The notes under the pieces are model-generated. The model did not search any database, was not told the DNA's origin, and was given only the letters and a program-made list of their open reading frames with translations. A stretch of DNA of 64,000 bases from Octopus bimaculoides. Taxonomy: Eukaryota. The DNA lies in contig NC_068983.1 of the NCBI RefSeq assembly GCF_001194135.2, forward strand, positions 159,384,175-159,448,174, read 5' to 3'. A program made the position numbers and the translations under genes. This document shows positions 13,082 to 25,849 of this stretch, piece after piece (the first letter of the stretch is position 1; every line of letters starts with the position of its first letter).

Positions 13082-13238
13082 CGATGGGCTTCTTTCCGTT
13101 TTCGTCAACCAAATCTATTCACATTGCTGTGGTTGACTCCGGGCCATAGTACAAGACACTCACCCAAGATGACATGTAGTGGGATTGAATCCGGAACTAT
13201 GTGATTGGGAAGCAAGCATCTTACCACAAAGCCACATC
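12388..13238 (-). mobile_element. SINE family A, full-length, with expanded internal (TACC/TACA/TATC)n and a ~245-bp insertion at ~12498-12743
   Basis: Head at 13085-13238, mid module at 12745-12850, tail at 12388-12497, collinear with the 13588-14030 copy. Confidence 0.8.
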
Positions 13239-13253
13239 TACATTGAAATTAAC

Positions 13254-13445
13254 AACCGTTGTTAGTTTGTTTACATCTCCGTAACTTAAGAATTCGGCAA
13301 AAGAGCTGACAATAAATACCAGGCTTAAATTAAAATGAGTTCTGTCGTCAATTTGTTCGACTAAAAACTTTCAAGTGGTGAGTTCACCATAGTTGCAATC
13401 CAGTGACTGAAACAAGCAAAGCGTAAAAAATAAAGATAAAGATAC
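13254..13445 (+). mobile_element. SINE family A, 3' half
   Basis: gtttgtttacatctccgtaactt...gactgaaacaagc matches the family A 3' body. Confidence 0.8.
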
Positions 13446-13587
13446 AAGCCAAACTACAATCCGTTTATTTTATTGGAAATTTATTAGAGATCTACTATAT
13501 TTGGATATATATTTAGATCAATGACAGGGTGATCGTTTTACGGCTTCTATTTACTTTTAAGGTTTATTAACTAGAAATTTTGATCTC

Positions 13588-13782
13588 AAGCGTGGCTGTA
13601 TGGGAAGAAGCTTGCTTCCCAACCACAAGGTTCCGGGTTCAGTCCCACTGCGTTGCACCTTGAGCAAATATCTTTTATAACCTCAGGCCTACCAAAGTCT
13701 TGTGAATGGATGAGTGGATTTGCTAGATGGAAATTGAAAGAAGTTCGTCATATATATATATATATATATATANNNNNNNNNN

Positions 13783-13820
<38 letters not shown>

Positions 13821-14030
13821 CACAACTGCTTGACTAGTGCTAGTTTGTTTACGTCCCGGTAACTTAACTGTTCGGCAAAAAAGGCAATAGTATAAGTCTC
13901 AGGTAAAAAAAAAACAGGTAAAAAAAAGTACTGGGGTCAATTCATTCGACTAAAAGTTCTCCAAGGCGGTGCCCCAGCATGGCCGTAGTCTAATGATTGA
14001 AATAAGTACAAGGTAAAGGATAAAAGATAC
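13588..14030 (+). mobile_element. SINE family A, full-length (tRNA-like head, CORE-like ccttgRgcaa box, internal (TA)n(GT)n, 3' body)
   Basis: A box gtggctgtatgg, B box gggttcagtccc; collinear with 63738-64000 and 2993-3152. Confidence 0.9.
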
Positions 14031-14526
14031 TGAAAATATGTTTGAGGAATTCAGCATTGTACTAAGATGGAAATAAGCCAAGTTAAATTTCTCTTGCTAT
14101 GGCATGAATGGTGCCCTTTAAAAGGATAACTATGATTTCCAAATAACGATGATTAATTTTAAATACACTTGATTTAAAAGACAGAGACTAGGACGGAGAA
14201 AATCGTTAATTTGGAATTTTATTTCTGGAGATATGTCTCGTTTTCTCCAAAGACTTCCCATCAATCTTAAACCCTGCTCAGGTCAGTGCCAAATACTATT
14301 ATACCAAGCTTTATCTTTTTTATTTCACATTTAATTCTTTCAGATACCCAGAATTTACCATGAGCTCTTTGTGTTTGTTTCTACGCGTGTATCTACTTAA
14401 GTAGGTTTCGAGCAAGTGTTTGTATTTGTAAATTTATCCGAAAGTATCTTAGAACATATGTTTTCCCAATTCGAGTATTTATTTATATGCTTGTTTCCGA
14501 TCGGGTCCCTGTTACCGTAGAAGTTA

Positions 14527-14527
14527 C

Positions 14528-14601
<74 letters not shown>

Positions 14602-14628
14602 GTCTGTCTGTCTGGTTGTCTGTCTGTC
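14527..14628. repeat. (TATC)n(TGTC)n tetranucleotide microsatellite
   Basis: Directly visible. Confidence 0.95.
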
Positions 14629-15420
14629 TAGTTATCTAGATATATCGCTGAGTGTGTGTATAGTGTCACTGTCAAACATTTCCTTGTGCAAATAAACATC
14701 GATCACTCAATACTTCAGAGAGTATTATATTTATGTATGTATATATGTATGTATACATGCATGCATACAGGTATGTATGTATAAACATACGCATACGCAC
14801 ACACATACACNNNNNNNNNNNNNNNNNNNNNNNNNNNNNNNNNNNNNNNNNNNNNNNNNNNNNNNNNNNNNNNNNNNNNNNNNNNNNNNNNNNNNNNNNN
14901 NNNNNNNNNNNNNNNNNNNNNNNNNNNNNNNNNNNNNNNNNNNNNNNNNNNNNNNNNNNNNNNNNNNNNNNNNNNNNNNNNNNNNNNNNNNNNNNNNNNN
15001 NNNNNNNNNNNNNNNNNNNNNNNNNNNNNNNNNNNNNNNNNNNNNNNNNNNNNNNNNNNNNNNNNNNNNNNNNNNNNNNNNNNNNNNNNNNNNNNNNNNN
15101 NNNNNNNNNNNNNNNNNNNNNNNNNNNNNNNNNNNNNNNNNNNNNNNNNNNNNNNNNNNNNNNNNNNNNNNNNNNNNNNNNNNNNNNNNNNNNNNNNNNN
15201 NNNNNNNNNNNNNNNNNNNNNNNNNNNNNNNNNNNNNNNNNNNNNNNNNNNNNNNNNNNNNNNNNNNNNNNNNNNNNNNNNNNNNNNNNNNNNNNNNNNN
15301 NNNNNNNNNNNNNNNNNNNNNNNNNNNNNNNNNNNNNNNNNNNNNNNNNNNNNNNNNNNNNNNNNNNNNNNNNNNNNNNNNNNNNNNNNNNNNNNNNNNN
15401 NNNNNNNNNNNNNNNATAAC

Positions 15421-15557
15421 AGGCTTCTTTCAGCTTCCCTCTACCAAATCCACTCTCAAGGCTTTGGTCGGCCCGAGGCTATAGAAGAAGACACTTGCCC
15501 AAGGTGCCACGCAGTGGGACTGAACCAGGGACCATGTGGTTGGTAAGCTAGCTGTAC
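15421..15557 (-). mobile_element. SINE family A, 5' head (remainder lost in gap)
   Basis: Near-exact reverse complement of 63760-63897. Confidence 0.9.
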
Positions 15558-15958
15558 CGGCACGCTAACATAGTAGTCAATTTTTTAAAAATTTGCTGCA
15601 GCATTAAAACCGGTAATTGCATACATTAGTTGAAATGAACAAACTCTTCAACTCTCCGGTCAGTAAGACTCGATGAAGAGAATATTTCTCAAACTTCGAA
15701 ATCACGGTGATATGGGTATGTTTGACCGTTTTAATTTTCGATTATTTTCGTCTCATTGGTACGGGGTCTTGGGGTTTTTGCTCATTTTCCCGATTTCACC
15801 TTTGTGTTTAAATGAAAACTTGTGGTTTGGTCAATTTTGACTGCTATGTTAGCGTGTGGGTACTGCCTGTTAGTACCATTATCTATTAATTGATAATTTT
15901 AACCTTTATGTTTTTTCCTTATGCTAAGGCACTGATATTATAAGCAATAATATGCTCA

Positions 15959-16004
<46 letters not shown>

Positions 16005-16005
<1 letters not shown>

Positions 16006-17125
16006 AAAAATTTTCTCTTTGCTGGAATGTGAATTCCGAGACTTCAGTTAGGTGTGGGCATGTACCACAATTAGGTCGTCTGCATTTTTAACTGTTGGTA
16101 TCGTATGTATTGAGTATAGTTTTGCATTTGTTAGGAGTTTCTAAAGTGATTTGTGTTGTCTTTTGCATTTGAGGAGTTTATGCGTATTTTAGGTGTTGTT
16201 CAGTTTCGTGTTTTGAGTGAGCAGAAGGCGATTTTGTATAATTGTGTTGTATGCTTTATTGTTTCTGAGGTTGTGGGTTGATATGTATGGGAGTGATTTA
16301 AAGTGAAGTGTGGTATTTTGTTTGTTCTTCTTAGTGTGTCTGTGTCCAATTTCTTGTCATGTTTAATTCCATGGTCTATAAGTGTGGGCAGGTATTGACG
16401 TTCAATAAGTGTTATTTTGAGGTCTTCTAGGCAAAGTTCCCGAGTGTTTGTGTCAGATACAATTGTACAGATCCTTATTGCTAGATTGAATGGGATATTT
16501 ATTTTGGTGTGCTTAGAATGGCATGAACTGAAAAGGAGATACTGTTTTGAGTCTGTTGGTTTGTAGTAGATGTCAGTTGCAATTTGGTTGATGGATTTTA
16601 TAATCAAAATGTCCAGAAATGGGAGTTGTTCCTTGCTATATTCCATTGTAATTTGAATATTATATTTTATATTGTTCAGTGAGGATTTGAAATCCAGAGG
16701 TTTATCATAGGTTTTATTCCAGAGGATAAAACAATCGTCTAGATACCTTTTCCAGTTTTCTTATATACTGGTGGAATGGGGGTTCAAATTTTTGGAGCGA
16801 AAGTTCATATTCAAAGATTCGAAGAAACCCACTATTAGGTTCACAAGGACAGGTGCTGCTTATGTTCCCATCGCAATACCGCATTTTTGGCGGTAGTATG
16901 TTGCATCGAATAGGAAGTAATTGTTTTGTAGGATGAATTTCAGGGATTCAATGACGAAAGTCTGGTTTATGCCGCCCGGGAGAACTTCGGGGTATTTTTC
17001 TAACCAGAATTTTATTGCCTCTATTCCGTAGTGATGTGAAATGTTAATGTAGAAGCTGATGACATCGAAGGAGACTAATAGTGCTTCTTCGTTGGTGAAT
17101 TTTGGTAGATGCTCCAGCATGTCAA
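16005..17125 (-). mobile_element. Penelope-like element, Neptune-type RT, thumb and Zn-linker remnant
   Basis: SFDVISFYINI, RQKCGIAMGT, WKRYLDDC (YLDD at 16734-16745), LPFLDILI...TDIYYKPTDSKQYLLFSSCH, linker CRRPNCGTCP (~16056-16084). Confidence 0.92.
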
Positions 17126-17389
17126 GATCAGATCGTGTCTATGTATGTGTGTGTGCGTGTACATGTATATATAATATATATATATANNNNNNNNNNNNNN
17201 NNNNNNNNNNNNNNNNNNNNNNNNNNNNNNNNNNNNNNNNNNNNNNNNNNNNNNNNNNNNNNNNNNNNNNNNNNNNNNNNNNNNNNNNNNNNNNNNNNNN
17301 NNNNNNNNNNNNNNNNNNNNNNNNNNNNNNNNNNNNNNNNNNNNNNNNNNNNNNNTATAAATATATATATATATATATATATATACGTT

Positions 17390-18880
17390 TATTAAGGCTT
17401 CAAAACTATCACAAAACTCTGAGTGATATCGACATCATATTAACTGTCAGAAAAACTGTAATTCACAAACAGGACCAGGACTATTACACAGGGTTTTGAT
17501 ATAACAATGGGTTCATCGTACTCTGCACAAATTACCGATCTGGTGGGCCTTTTTGTTTTTTTTATTAAATCGAACTTCCCGAAATAGCGGGCGGATTATA
17601 CCGAGATGACGCTCTTTTCACTACTACTGCATTAGCCAAGTCATCAGGCGAAAGCACCGAGAAAAGGATACTAAAATTTCTAAAAATACCATAACTTAGA
17701 CATTTTGTTTGAAATTGACACCAAAATAGCCAACGTTATCGATGTTACGCTGAAATTAAATATAGAGTCATACCAACCATATCCTAAGCCGAATCAAGTA
17801 CTACTGAACATCGATGTTCTCTCCAATCATCCTATAAGCACCATAAAAAGTATTGTAACCAGAATTTCAATAAGAATCTCGAATTTATCTGTTAACGAGA
17901 CAATATTTAACAACCATGCTTTACATTACAACCAAGCATTACAACTAAGTGGTTTCCAGGAAAATATATTATATAATACTATACTAAAAACAAAAATAGC
18001 AAACATATCATCCGAAAAGAATGCTAAACCTATCAAATCTGCCTCTACTAAAAATCAATTAAATGCTTTGTAACCTCAATTACAAACAAGACCACACCGG
18101 CTATATTGAAAATCTACATTAAATTCGCATGGCAACCCAAATTAAAACATAACAATGATGAACAATGTATCTGAATCGAGAAAACGTGAAATCATTTGGT
18201 ACTCCCTGCCACATTCCCTTCAAATGAAATCGTTACCGAAACTTTTCTTTGAAATTTTAAAACAAACTTTCCGAAACGCCATAAATACTATTCGATATTC
18301 AATAAATCCTCTGTAAAACTTTGTTTCTGTACAACTCCTAATTTAGATCGATAATATCCTCTATTAAAAAATCAAAAATTAGTGCACAAACCTGTAAATC
18401 TAATGCGTCAGATAAATACAAAAATCTTGGTCAAATTTCCAACCATAAAACACATTCAACTTTTAGCTCCAATAAGACTTCAAATCTGAAACTGATTCTC
18501 ATAATTTAAATAATATTATCGTCCAACAAACTAATATCTCGGCTCCAAATTTACCTAAATTAAAAATGAAACAGCACAAAAGTAAAACAAAGGATGCAAT
18601 TGTCGCGTAAATGATTCCTGTCCACTTACGGGATATTGTGCACGACATAATGTGCACACCAGATGCACAACCGAATATATATACATATATCGGTAGTACC
18701 ATTTATCTTAAGCGTCGATATCGAACTTATATTAATTCTTTTAATAATGCTAAATATAAAACGGCTTCCATGCTTGCTAAGTATATTCACTAGCTCAAAT
18801 CAGAAAACAGAAAGTGTACACTAAAATAGTCCATTGAATCTGAAGCCCCTTCATATAACATTAACTTAAGGAAACTTAAG
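17390..18880 (+). mobile_element. Penelope-like element of a divergent YRDD-type lineage (RT, thumb, GIY-YIG), decayed
   Basis: FDITMGSSYSAQITDLVGL (17495-17551), GLYRDDAL (17593-17616), YQPYPKPN...SNHP...IRISNLS, KREIIWY...NFPKRHKYYSIFNK, YIGSTIYLKRRY...SFNNAKYKTASMLAKYIH. Confidence 0.85.
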
Positions 18881-18894
18881 GAAGTATATATAAG

Positions 18895-19438
18895 GAAAGT
18901 GCTTATCTGTCCCTGCCAGAATTCAACTCCACATGACCTTATCTTCAATTCAGACGGGTATATAAAGCTGCTAGAGCTTTTGGTCAATCCCTGGTTAGAG
19001 AGAGAGTTACTGCTGGAAGGCTATATGCGTGTGCCAGCAGGTTGCGGCCCCTTGCCCTACCTCCAGAAAGTGTCAAAAATAGTTGTCGGAGAATTTCTAC
19101 GACTTCACCAGCTCCAATTTCTAGTCTTCTAACTCCTTCGATTATAATGCCTTGGATAACTATTACAGGCGCAGTTAGGAAAAACACCAACCGTTCTGCC
19201 TGCAAACTCAATGCTTAGCTGTTGGCCAAAATCAATTAGGTGTTCGAAGATCTTCGCAAAAACACAGTGAAGGGCGCATGTGTCAGGTTCCAGAGCCGTG
19301 TTGAGGCCGTCGTAGAAGCTGGGGCGACTACTTCGAGTATCTTTCAAACATAATCTAGTTCATATTCTTTATTTTTGGATGGAATATTGTTTTTTATTTT
19401 CCTTTTATGCAAACTCGTTTTTAGCTCGAATACTTATA
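18895..19438 (+). mobile_element. maT (DD37D)-like transposase C-terminal remnant and right end
   Basis: PHDLIFNSDGYIKLLELLVNPWLER...SENFYDFTSSNF*SSNSFDYNALD, resembling the WPPxSPDxNPxD motif region; frameshifted. Confidence 0.75.
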
Positions 19439-19584
19439 CACATACATACATACATACATACATGCATGCATACATACATACATGCATACATACATACATA
19501 CATACATACATACATGCATACATACATACATACATACACATCCATACACACACACTCACGCGCGCACACACATACACACACATA
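19437..19584. repeat. (TACA)n/(CA)n microsatellite
   Basis: Directly visible. Confidence 0.95.
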
Positions 19585-20428
19585 CATGTGGTCTGATCAA
19601 TAAGTATCGGGACTGCTGCCATCGTAACGAAGCTAGTGTACGGAGAGTAAAGCCGCTTGGCATGCACACTCAGTTTTAACGTTCTAGCTCCATTTCACTG
19701 TTTACAGCAGCGCTTGGAAAGAACGTGTGTAACTTGTGATTGTGGCATTGACAATGACAGAGAAGGTGGAGCAGAGAATCTGCGTTAAATTTTGTCAAAA
19801 GCTTGGCGATACCTGCGCAGAGGCACACGCAAAGTTTTCAAAAACATTTTCATCGTTCTCGACACAATCAGAGATTTTGTGCAACTGAAACACAAATGTC
19901 TATTTTGTCAGCTGAAAGCAGTTTTGACACTAACTTCGCAGACACGCGCCTCGTACCCAAATCTTCAGTGATAATGGACTGAACTGAACCGTAACTAATT
20001 TGCACATCCTCTGGTAACACACGGATGGTGATTTGACGATTTTCCCCCACAGTTGCACGCACATGTGCGATGTTTTTCTCAGTTCTGCCGGTTGCGGTTC
20101 TCCCAGAACATCCGTCAATATCGACATTTTTCGGCCATCTTGGAAACGTCTGAACCACTCGTACAATTGTGTGCGGCTCATACACCTCTCTCCATACACG
20201 TTCTGAAACTCTGCGCAGGCTTCTGAGCAGGTATCACAGTGTCACCTTTCTCTGCCATGGTCAATGCGACGATCATATGCTACACACCTTCCTTCCAAGT
20301 ACTACTATAAACAGCGGAAGTGAGTTAGAAGGCTAAAACTTTGTGCACATGCACAGCTGAGTTCAAGTTCAATCTGTGCAAGGGGCTCCACTCTGCATGC
20401 CTTAGCTTCGTTACTATGTCAACATTCC
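19585..20428. mobile_element. Mariner derivative made of two convergent 5' ends (foldback)
   Basis: Left TIR after TA; plus strand MTEKVEQRICVKFCQKLGDTCAE from 19754 to 19845; minus strand repeats the 5'UTR then YGERCMSRTQLYEWFRRF...LGTRRVSAKLVSKLL down to 19846. Confidence 0.8.
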
Positions 20429-21155
20429 TATGGCTATGTTGTCTATTTTCATGTAAACCACTATTCATTCTTATATTTTAGTGCATTCTGTTTTAATATT
20501 ATATTTTATGCATATTTACAATGACTTGAAATGCGCACATTGTTATTTCGTTGCTTTTGTACTTGTGTAATTTTTTGCTACGTGAGAATTATTTTAAAAC
20601 CACATATGAGTATGTTTTAGTGAACACTGCATTGATTTTCCTTTATGGGAGAGCATCAATATATGGTGCACTTTGGTAAGGAATAACATTTTATTAGACG
20701 TGAATTTCTGAGTGAGCGTACATATGAAGCTCCTATAGCGCATATGTTCGGAAAGAGCTTCCGTAATATTCACGTGTAAAGAGTGAACACTAAATTTAAC
20801 AAAGACAGTATTTGCTCTTTGGACGTAGAAAATATTCACTAATGCCGAAGTAAGCATGAGAGCGAATGTATATTTATATAACTGCCTGCAATGTTATTTA
20901 TAGTAGCGTTTATGAATCTCTTTCATGATTGCTTCCGTTAGGAGTTTTGCTGTTTTATAATTTCCAGCAGAATTTTTCACTTGGTATTGTTCTTCTATCA
21001 TTTTCTTATATATCTGCGTGTTTGACACGATCTTCGTGTGCAAGCAGATTAGTTGTTTGTCTGTGTGAAATGGAGGTGATCAAGAAACAAAGTGAACAAA
21101 CACATATGTTACTGGAATATAAATGGAAAAAAAATAGTGCATACCAGAAAAAAAG

Positions 21156-21159
<4 letters not shown>

Positions 21160-21195
<36 letters not shown>

Positions 21196-21223
21196 AGAGA
21201 GGGAGAGAAAGAGAGATAGATAG

Positions 21224-21280
<57 letters not shown>

Positions 21281-21330
21281 TGGAGAGAGAGATGGAGAGA
21301 GAGAGATGGGGAGAGAGAGGGGGAGAGAGA
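21160..21330. repeat. Compound (GA)n/(TA)n/(GA)n microsatellite
   Basis: Directly visible. Confidence 0.95.
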
Positions 21331-22724
21331 GGAATGGAGTGGAGTGGAAGACACACGTCAAGAAACATTTCAAGACTGAAAGGTAATTTTGACTGCGAAT
21401 CTTCTTCAGTATAAATGAAGTCAACCAAGCAATCGACTAGAATCCACATGAAGATTATCTTTACTGAGTAGAAAGTTGGTTCGCTTAGAAAGCCTGTGCT
21501 CAATGCCTGTCTTGTAGAAGATCAGTTTGTCTGCGAATTTTATCAAAATCATGAATTGTAAATATATTTTATAAAATAAATAAATAATGAGAGAAATGAG
21601 TGCAGGGGAAGTTTTGAAAATTTTATTTGATTATATGTTTAAGTCTGTGTTGTTTACATTTCAACGTACATTTAGAATTCCCGAACAAATAAAACAGCCT
21701 TCGTATGCTAACCCTTGCCTTCAATTTATCAATAAGTTTTTCCAATGTTTCTCCGAAATGCACTATCAATTGTACTTAATGGCTAGGCTGATTGATAGGT
21801 ACATAAAAGTTGTCTTCGTACTTTTGTGAATGAATAGAATTCTATAACGAGGAAAAAAATATTAATGTTCTCATGAGACTGGCTTGTTTGATTTACAGAA
21901 AGTAACAGTAGGGCGTGCATTTAAAGAATCGAGAAATAGCTTATTTTGGAATCTACTGAGAAAGAAAATAAATTACTTTTTCAAGAACATGAAATATGTT
22001 AGCTCTACGAATCAATGTTGTCAGAGTTAATAGTAAGCTTGATCAATGGAAAAACAAAAAAAAATATATAAAATATATAAAAGAATAATTTGCTGCAGTT
22101 GAAGACAAATAAGTACACCTTAACATGTTGATTTGCTTACTGAAAAGTATAACGGTCGCAGAAGAGAATGAAAGCAGTGTTGTTAAAAGAACAGTTAAGA
22201 TTGAAGGTTTTTCTACTTATAAAGTAAGAATAGTCGTTAGACAGGTGACTATTGAAGGATTTCTAATAGGACACCGAATTTAAATTTGAAATGTTTTCTT
22301 TTCTGAGTATGGAACAAAAAGTGAAATGGTTATTTTACAGGACAATAAAAAGAACTATGCCATTTATAACAACGTGGAAATCTAATGACAAATGATATTC
22401 AGTCACTCTGAAAGAAGAATGTAAGAATTGATTATCATAGATAAATTAATTTGAAAGATATATGTTCGGAAAGTTTCGAAAAGAAACAATTTATCCCGCA
22501 TCTGAAATCTAATTAATTAGGAGTCCGATGATATCATGGCAAAAATTATTCTTATATTGATATATCAAAATACCACGAACTGAAACCACTAGAACATTGC
22601 TAATCTCATCTAAAGCTAAATCAGACCATCTATATATTGATTAATGGACTATTTTTCAACTAAAACCTTCACAAACTTTACAAATACTAAGCATTCTTTC
22701 CCCAACTACACCTCATAACAACTG

Positions 22725-22768
22725 TATGCATGTATGTATGTGTGTACGTATGTATGTATGTATGTATG

Positions 22769-22826
<58 letters not shown>

Positions 22827-22852
22827 CCTATCTACCTACCTACCTACCTACC
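22725..22852. repeat. Compound (TATG)n(TATC)n(TACC)n microsatellite
   Basis: Directly visible. Confidence 0.95.
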
Positions 22853-23029
22853 TCAAACAAAACTACATTGCAAAGACCACTACTCCAACTCTCAAGTTTC
22901 TGACATTCTTCATGGTATAAACCACTCTATATGGACGCTGAGGTATGACTCGACATATAGAATCATACTTCTCATCTATTTGGGAACAGAACAGCTGCTA
23001 CACGGATATAAATTCTATACATCATCAAA

Positions 23030-23430
23030 AAACGGCGCTATATTGCTGAATGTTTCATCTCCAGACACTGTTACACTATTACTTAGACATTGAGACACTT
23101 TTCCTTCCCTTGCTTCTTCTATTATTATTTTACCAGCTCCTCTACATTTAGCAAGAAATTAATCTTTCCTCCGACTCACCAAATTTGCCCACTTCACCTC
23201 TTCTTTCAACCTCCTTATTATATGTTATCCACTGCCCTGTAATAAACAGATTAATTATGCCTTTTCAGAACTGCAATCCCCTAGAACACATTGACTCCCA
23301 TCAAGTTTTCCCCGTAGACATCGGTCTAAAGGATATAAAGCTAAAACTATATCGATTTAATAATCTGGAAATAAATGCAAAGGCTTTCGGACTGAAATTT
23401 TAAAAGCATTTTTAACTGGGAGAAGGTTAT
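23030..23430 (+). mobile_element. Possible highly decayed CR1/L2-like LINE RT fragment
   Basis: Ordered weak resemblances: SPDTVTLLLRH, TLSFPC...FTSSST, IDSHQV...KLKLY, ILKAFLTGRR (cf. WIxxFLTxRRQ). Confidence 0.3.
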
Positions 23431-24956
23431 AGTTAACATCAGTTCTCTTGAGATGGGAATATTTTTGCTATAAACTCATTTTAAAACAATTGTATGTTTC
23501 ACTCCGGTGAAATACTATGAACTCTAGAGTTTGATAATCGATCGGATCAATATAATATATGACCATTTAAAATATATTTTGTTCCAACTACCATGCTATC
23601 AAGATTTTACAAAATGTCGAGTTATACCTCAGCGTGTAATGGTTAATATCTTGACTAGAAGTTATACAACTCCTCAACGTCAATAATTGACAACTGTTTA
23701 GCTTCATTTTAGAATAATTCCAGATTCCTGTAGATTTTTGTCTGAAAGATGGTTATCAATACTAGTTAATTACAACAGATTGTTACCAGTAAATTGATTA
23801 ATGCCATTTAGCGATTTTAACTAATTCGAATTAGTTGATATTTTCTGAAATTATAGAGAAAAACATGCATCTTAATTAACAACAGATTATTTAAATAAGA
23901 GTGGGCATAGAAATAGTGTTGAGTAAACCAATATATCAAACTGGAAAAAATTTGATGACTGATCCCAATCAGAAAATTAATGAGTGTGGTTCAAATTTGA
24001 GATATTTGCCTGAAGTTAGTTTTCAATGATAACAACATACGCATTTATAGACACTCCTTCGTAAAACTAACAGTTGCTGATCAGCAAATAAAATCTAAAA
24101 CTAAGTAATATAACTTGAAAGTAAATTTAGTTTCAATAAATAGTAGTCTGATGTATCAGCAGCAGTAGCTGCAGAACAAGCAGAAAAATAAATTGTAACA
24201 AAAACGGTACTGCTTAATATTGGTGACAGGGAAGGCAAGCATTTTTCCTGTATAAACCAATGCATTGTTATATGCGTACACATATTTATATACACACATA
24301 ATATGGTCCAGTGAATTTGCCAAACTATCGGTGACCTTATTACCGACAGCTTGGCATGACCACTTTGTAAAGCACTGAACTATTCCAACATCTGTCTTCA
24401 ACAAGGCATCTCTTGATACGGGGTTGGAGTCATGCCAATATAATAACACTGTTTTATCAAGTTATCAATAGGTATGCAGCCATATAGAATATATTCGCCT
24501 GTTATGAAGTTATAAATATTGGACTTAAATATATAGTGCATATAAAGCTTCCTTGTCACACGTACATCTATTTGTTGGACTTCTTAAAATAATAGCAACA
24601 ATTTATGGATGAACGTGCTTCTTAATTTTGACGCATGAACTTTTCTAAAGACAATTGCTTAATAATATTTTCGTTTTATTATAAGTAATTTCAAAGATGT
24701 AGATGGATATAACCAACAGAAAATAATTCAATTGAAATTTGTTTGATGTAAGTAGTTTTTCTTGGGGTTGAAACCCATTAAATCCAATCTCAAATAAAGT
24801 GTCACTGTAGTCGTTTCTGTGAATACAATCTGCGATTTAGGTTTGATTTTTTAGTTGGGACGATATCTATCTACACGAGTCAACAGTTGAAAATTTACGT
24901 TTTTCTATCGACTTGCTAGAAATAGCAGAAAAATCTCAGTCAAATGACACCAAAGT

Positions 24957-25148
24957 GTCTTTTCTACTCTAGGCACAAGGCCCGAAGCTTTTTGGGGAGG
25001 GAGCCAGTTGGTACTTAATTTATCGACCCCGAAAGGATAAAAGGCAAAATCAACCTCGGCGGAATTTGAACACAGAACGTAAAGACAGACGAAATAACGC
25101 TAAGCATTTCGCCCGGCGTGCTAACATTTCTGCCAGCTCGCCGCCTTA
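24957..25148 (-). mobile_element. SINE family B copy
   Basis: Reverse complement of ggcggcgagctggcagaaa...gaaatgcttagcg...gtgttcaaattccgccgagg...ggggtcgataaattaagtacc. Confidence 0.9.
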
Positions 25149-25526
25149 GGATATCAAACTGTCTGAAAAGAGACGGGTATTGCATAATGTCTTCCTCGTT
25201 ACACAGTGTCTGGGAAAAGGACAGGATAATTCGAAATAGAACGCCATTGATCAGTGGCGTGCTTTTGAAACCTGCATTAAGCAGTAAATATGATAAAATA
25301 ATATGGACAAATACAGTGATTTATACTGTGCTGTATATTATAACATCTCTAAAGTTATATGATTTTTCATCACCCTGATAAAGTGCCGTATAGATTTGGA
25401 GAGGGGAAGAAGTCCATAAAAAAACAAACTATAAAAATAACAAAGCAAAAGAAAAACATGTCTTGCAGAATCGCTTCCTAGCGTAATCAACCGCTAAAAA
25501 ATAATATCAGCTGTTATCATTTAGTC

Positions 25527-25780
25527 CAGCGTTTCTCAACCATTTTTCTTATCTGTGGACCACTCCGATTCCTATTTTACTGAGACGGAGCCTCCTAACG
25601 ATTAAAAGTTTAAAAAATCCTATAATATTTTTATAACTAAATATTATTAGGAATTATATAAAAAATTAAAATATTTTTTGCATTGTAGAAGTATCACCTG
25701 TTTATTTGCAGATAAGTTTTAGCAACAAAAATTTAATATGGACCTCCAAGGGCCATATGGACCCCGTTTGAGAACCACTG
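25527..25780. mobile_element. hAT-like MITE (254 bp)
   Basis: TIRs CAGCGTTTCTCAA / TTGAGAACCACTG; imperfect 8-bp TSD atttagtc/atttaagc; no ORF. Confidence 0.75.
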
Positions 25781-25849
25781 ATTTAAGCCTTATAACGTAG
25801 ATTATTAATTTAAACGCTACCGAGCCATCAATAATTACCGCTTCAATTT

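Noticed and set aside
20790-20860. SLDVE motif reminiscent of PLE RT motif A
   Set aside because: It is isolated; the flanking frames show no further RT motifs.
24156-24449. 97-aa minus-strand ORF with protein-like composition
   Set aside because: No recognisable family, weak acceptor and no convincing donor.
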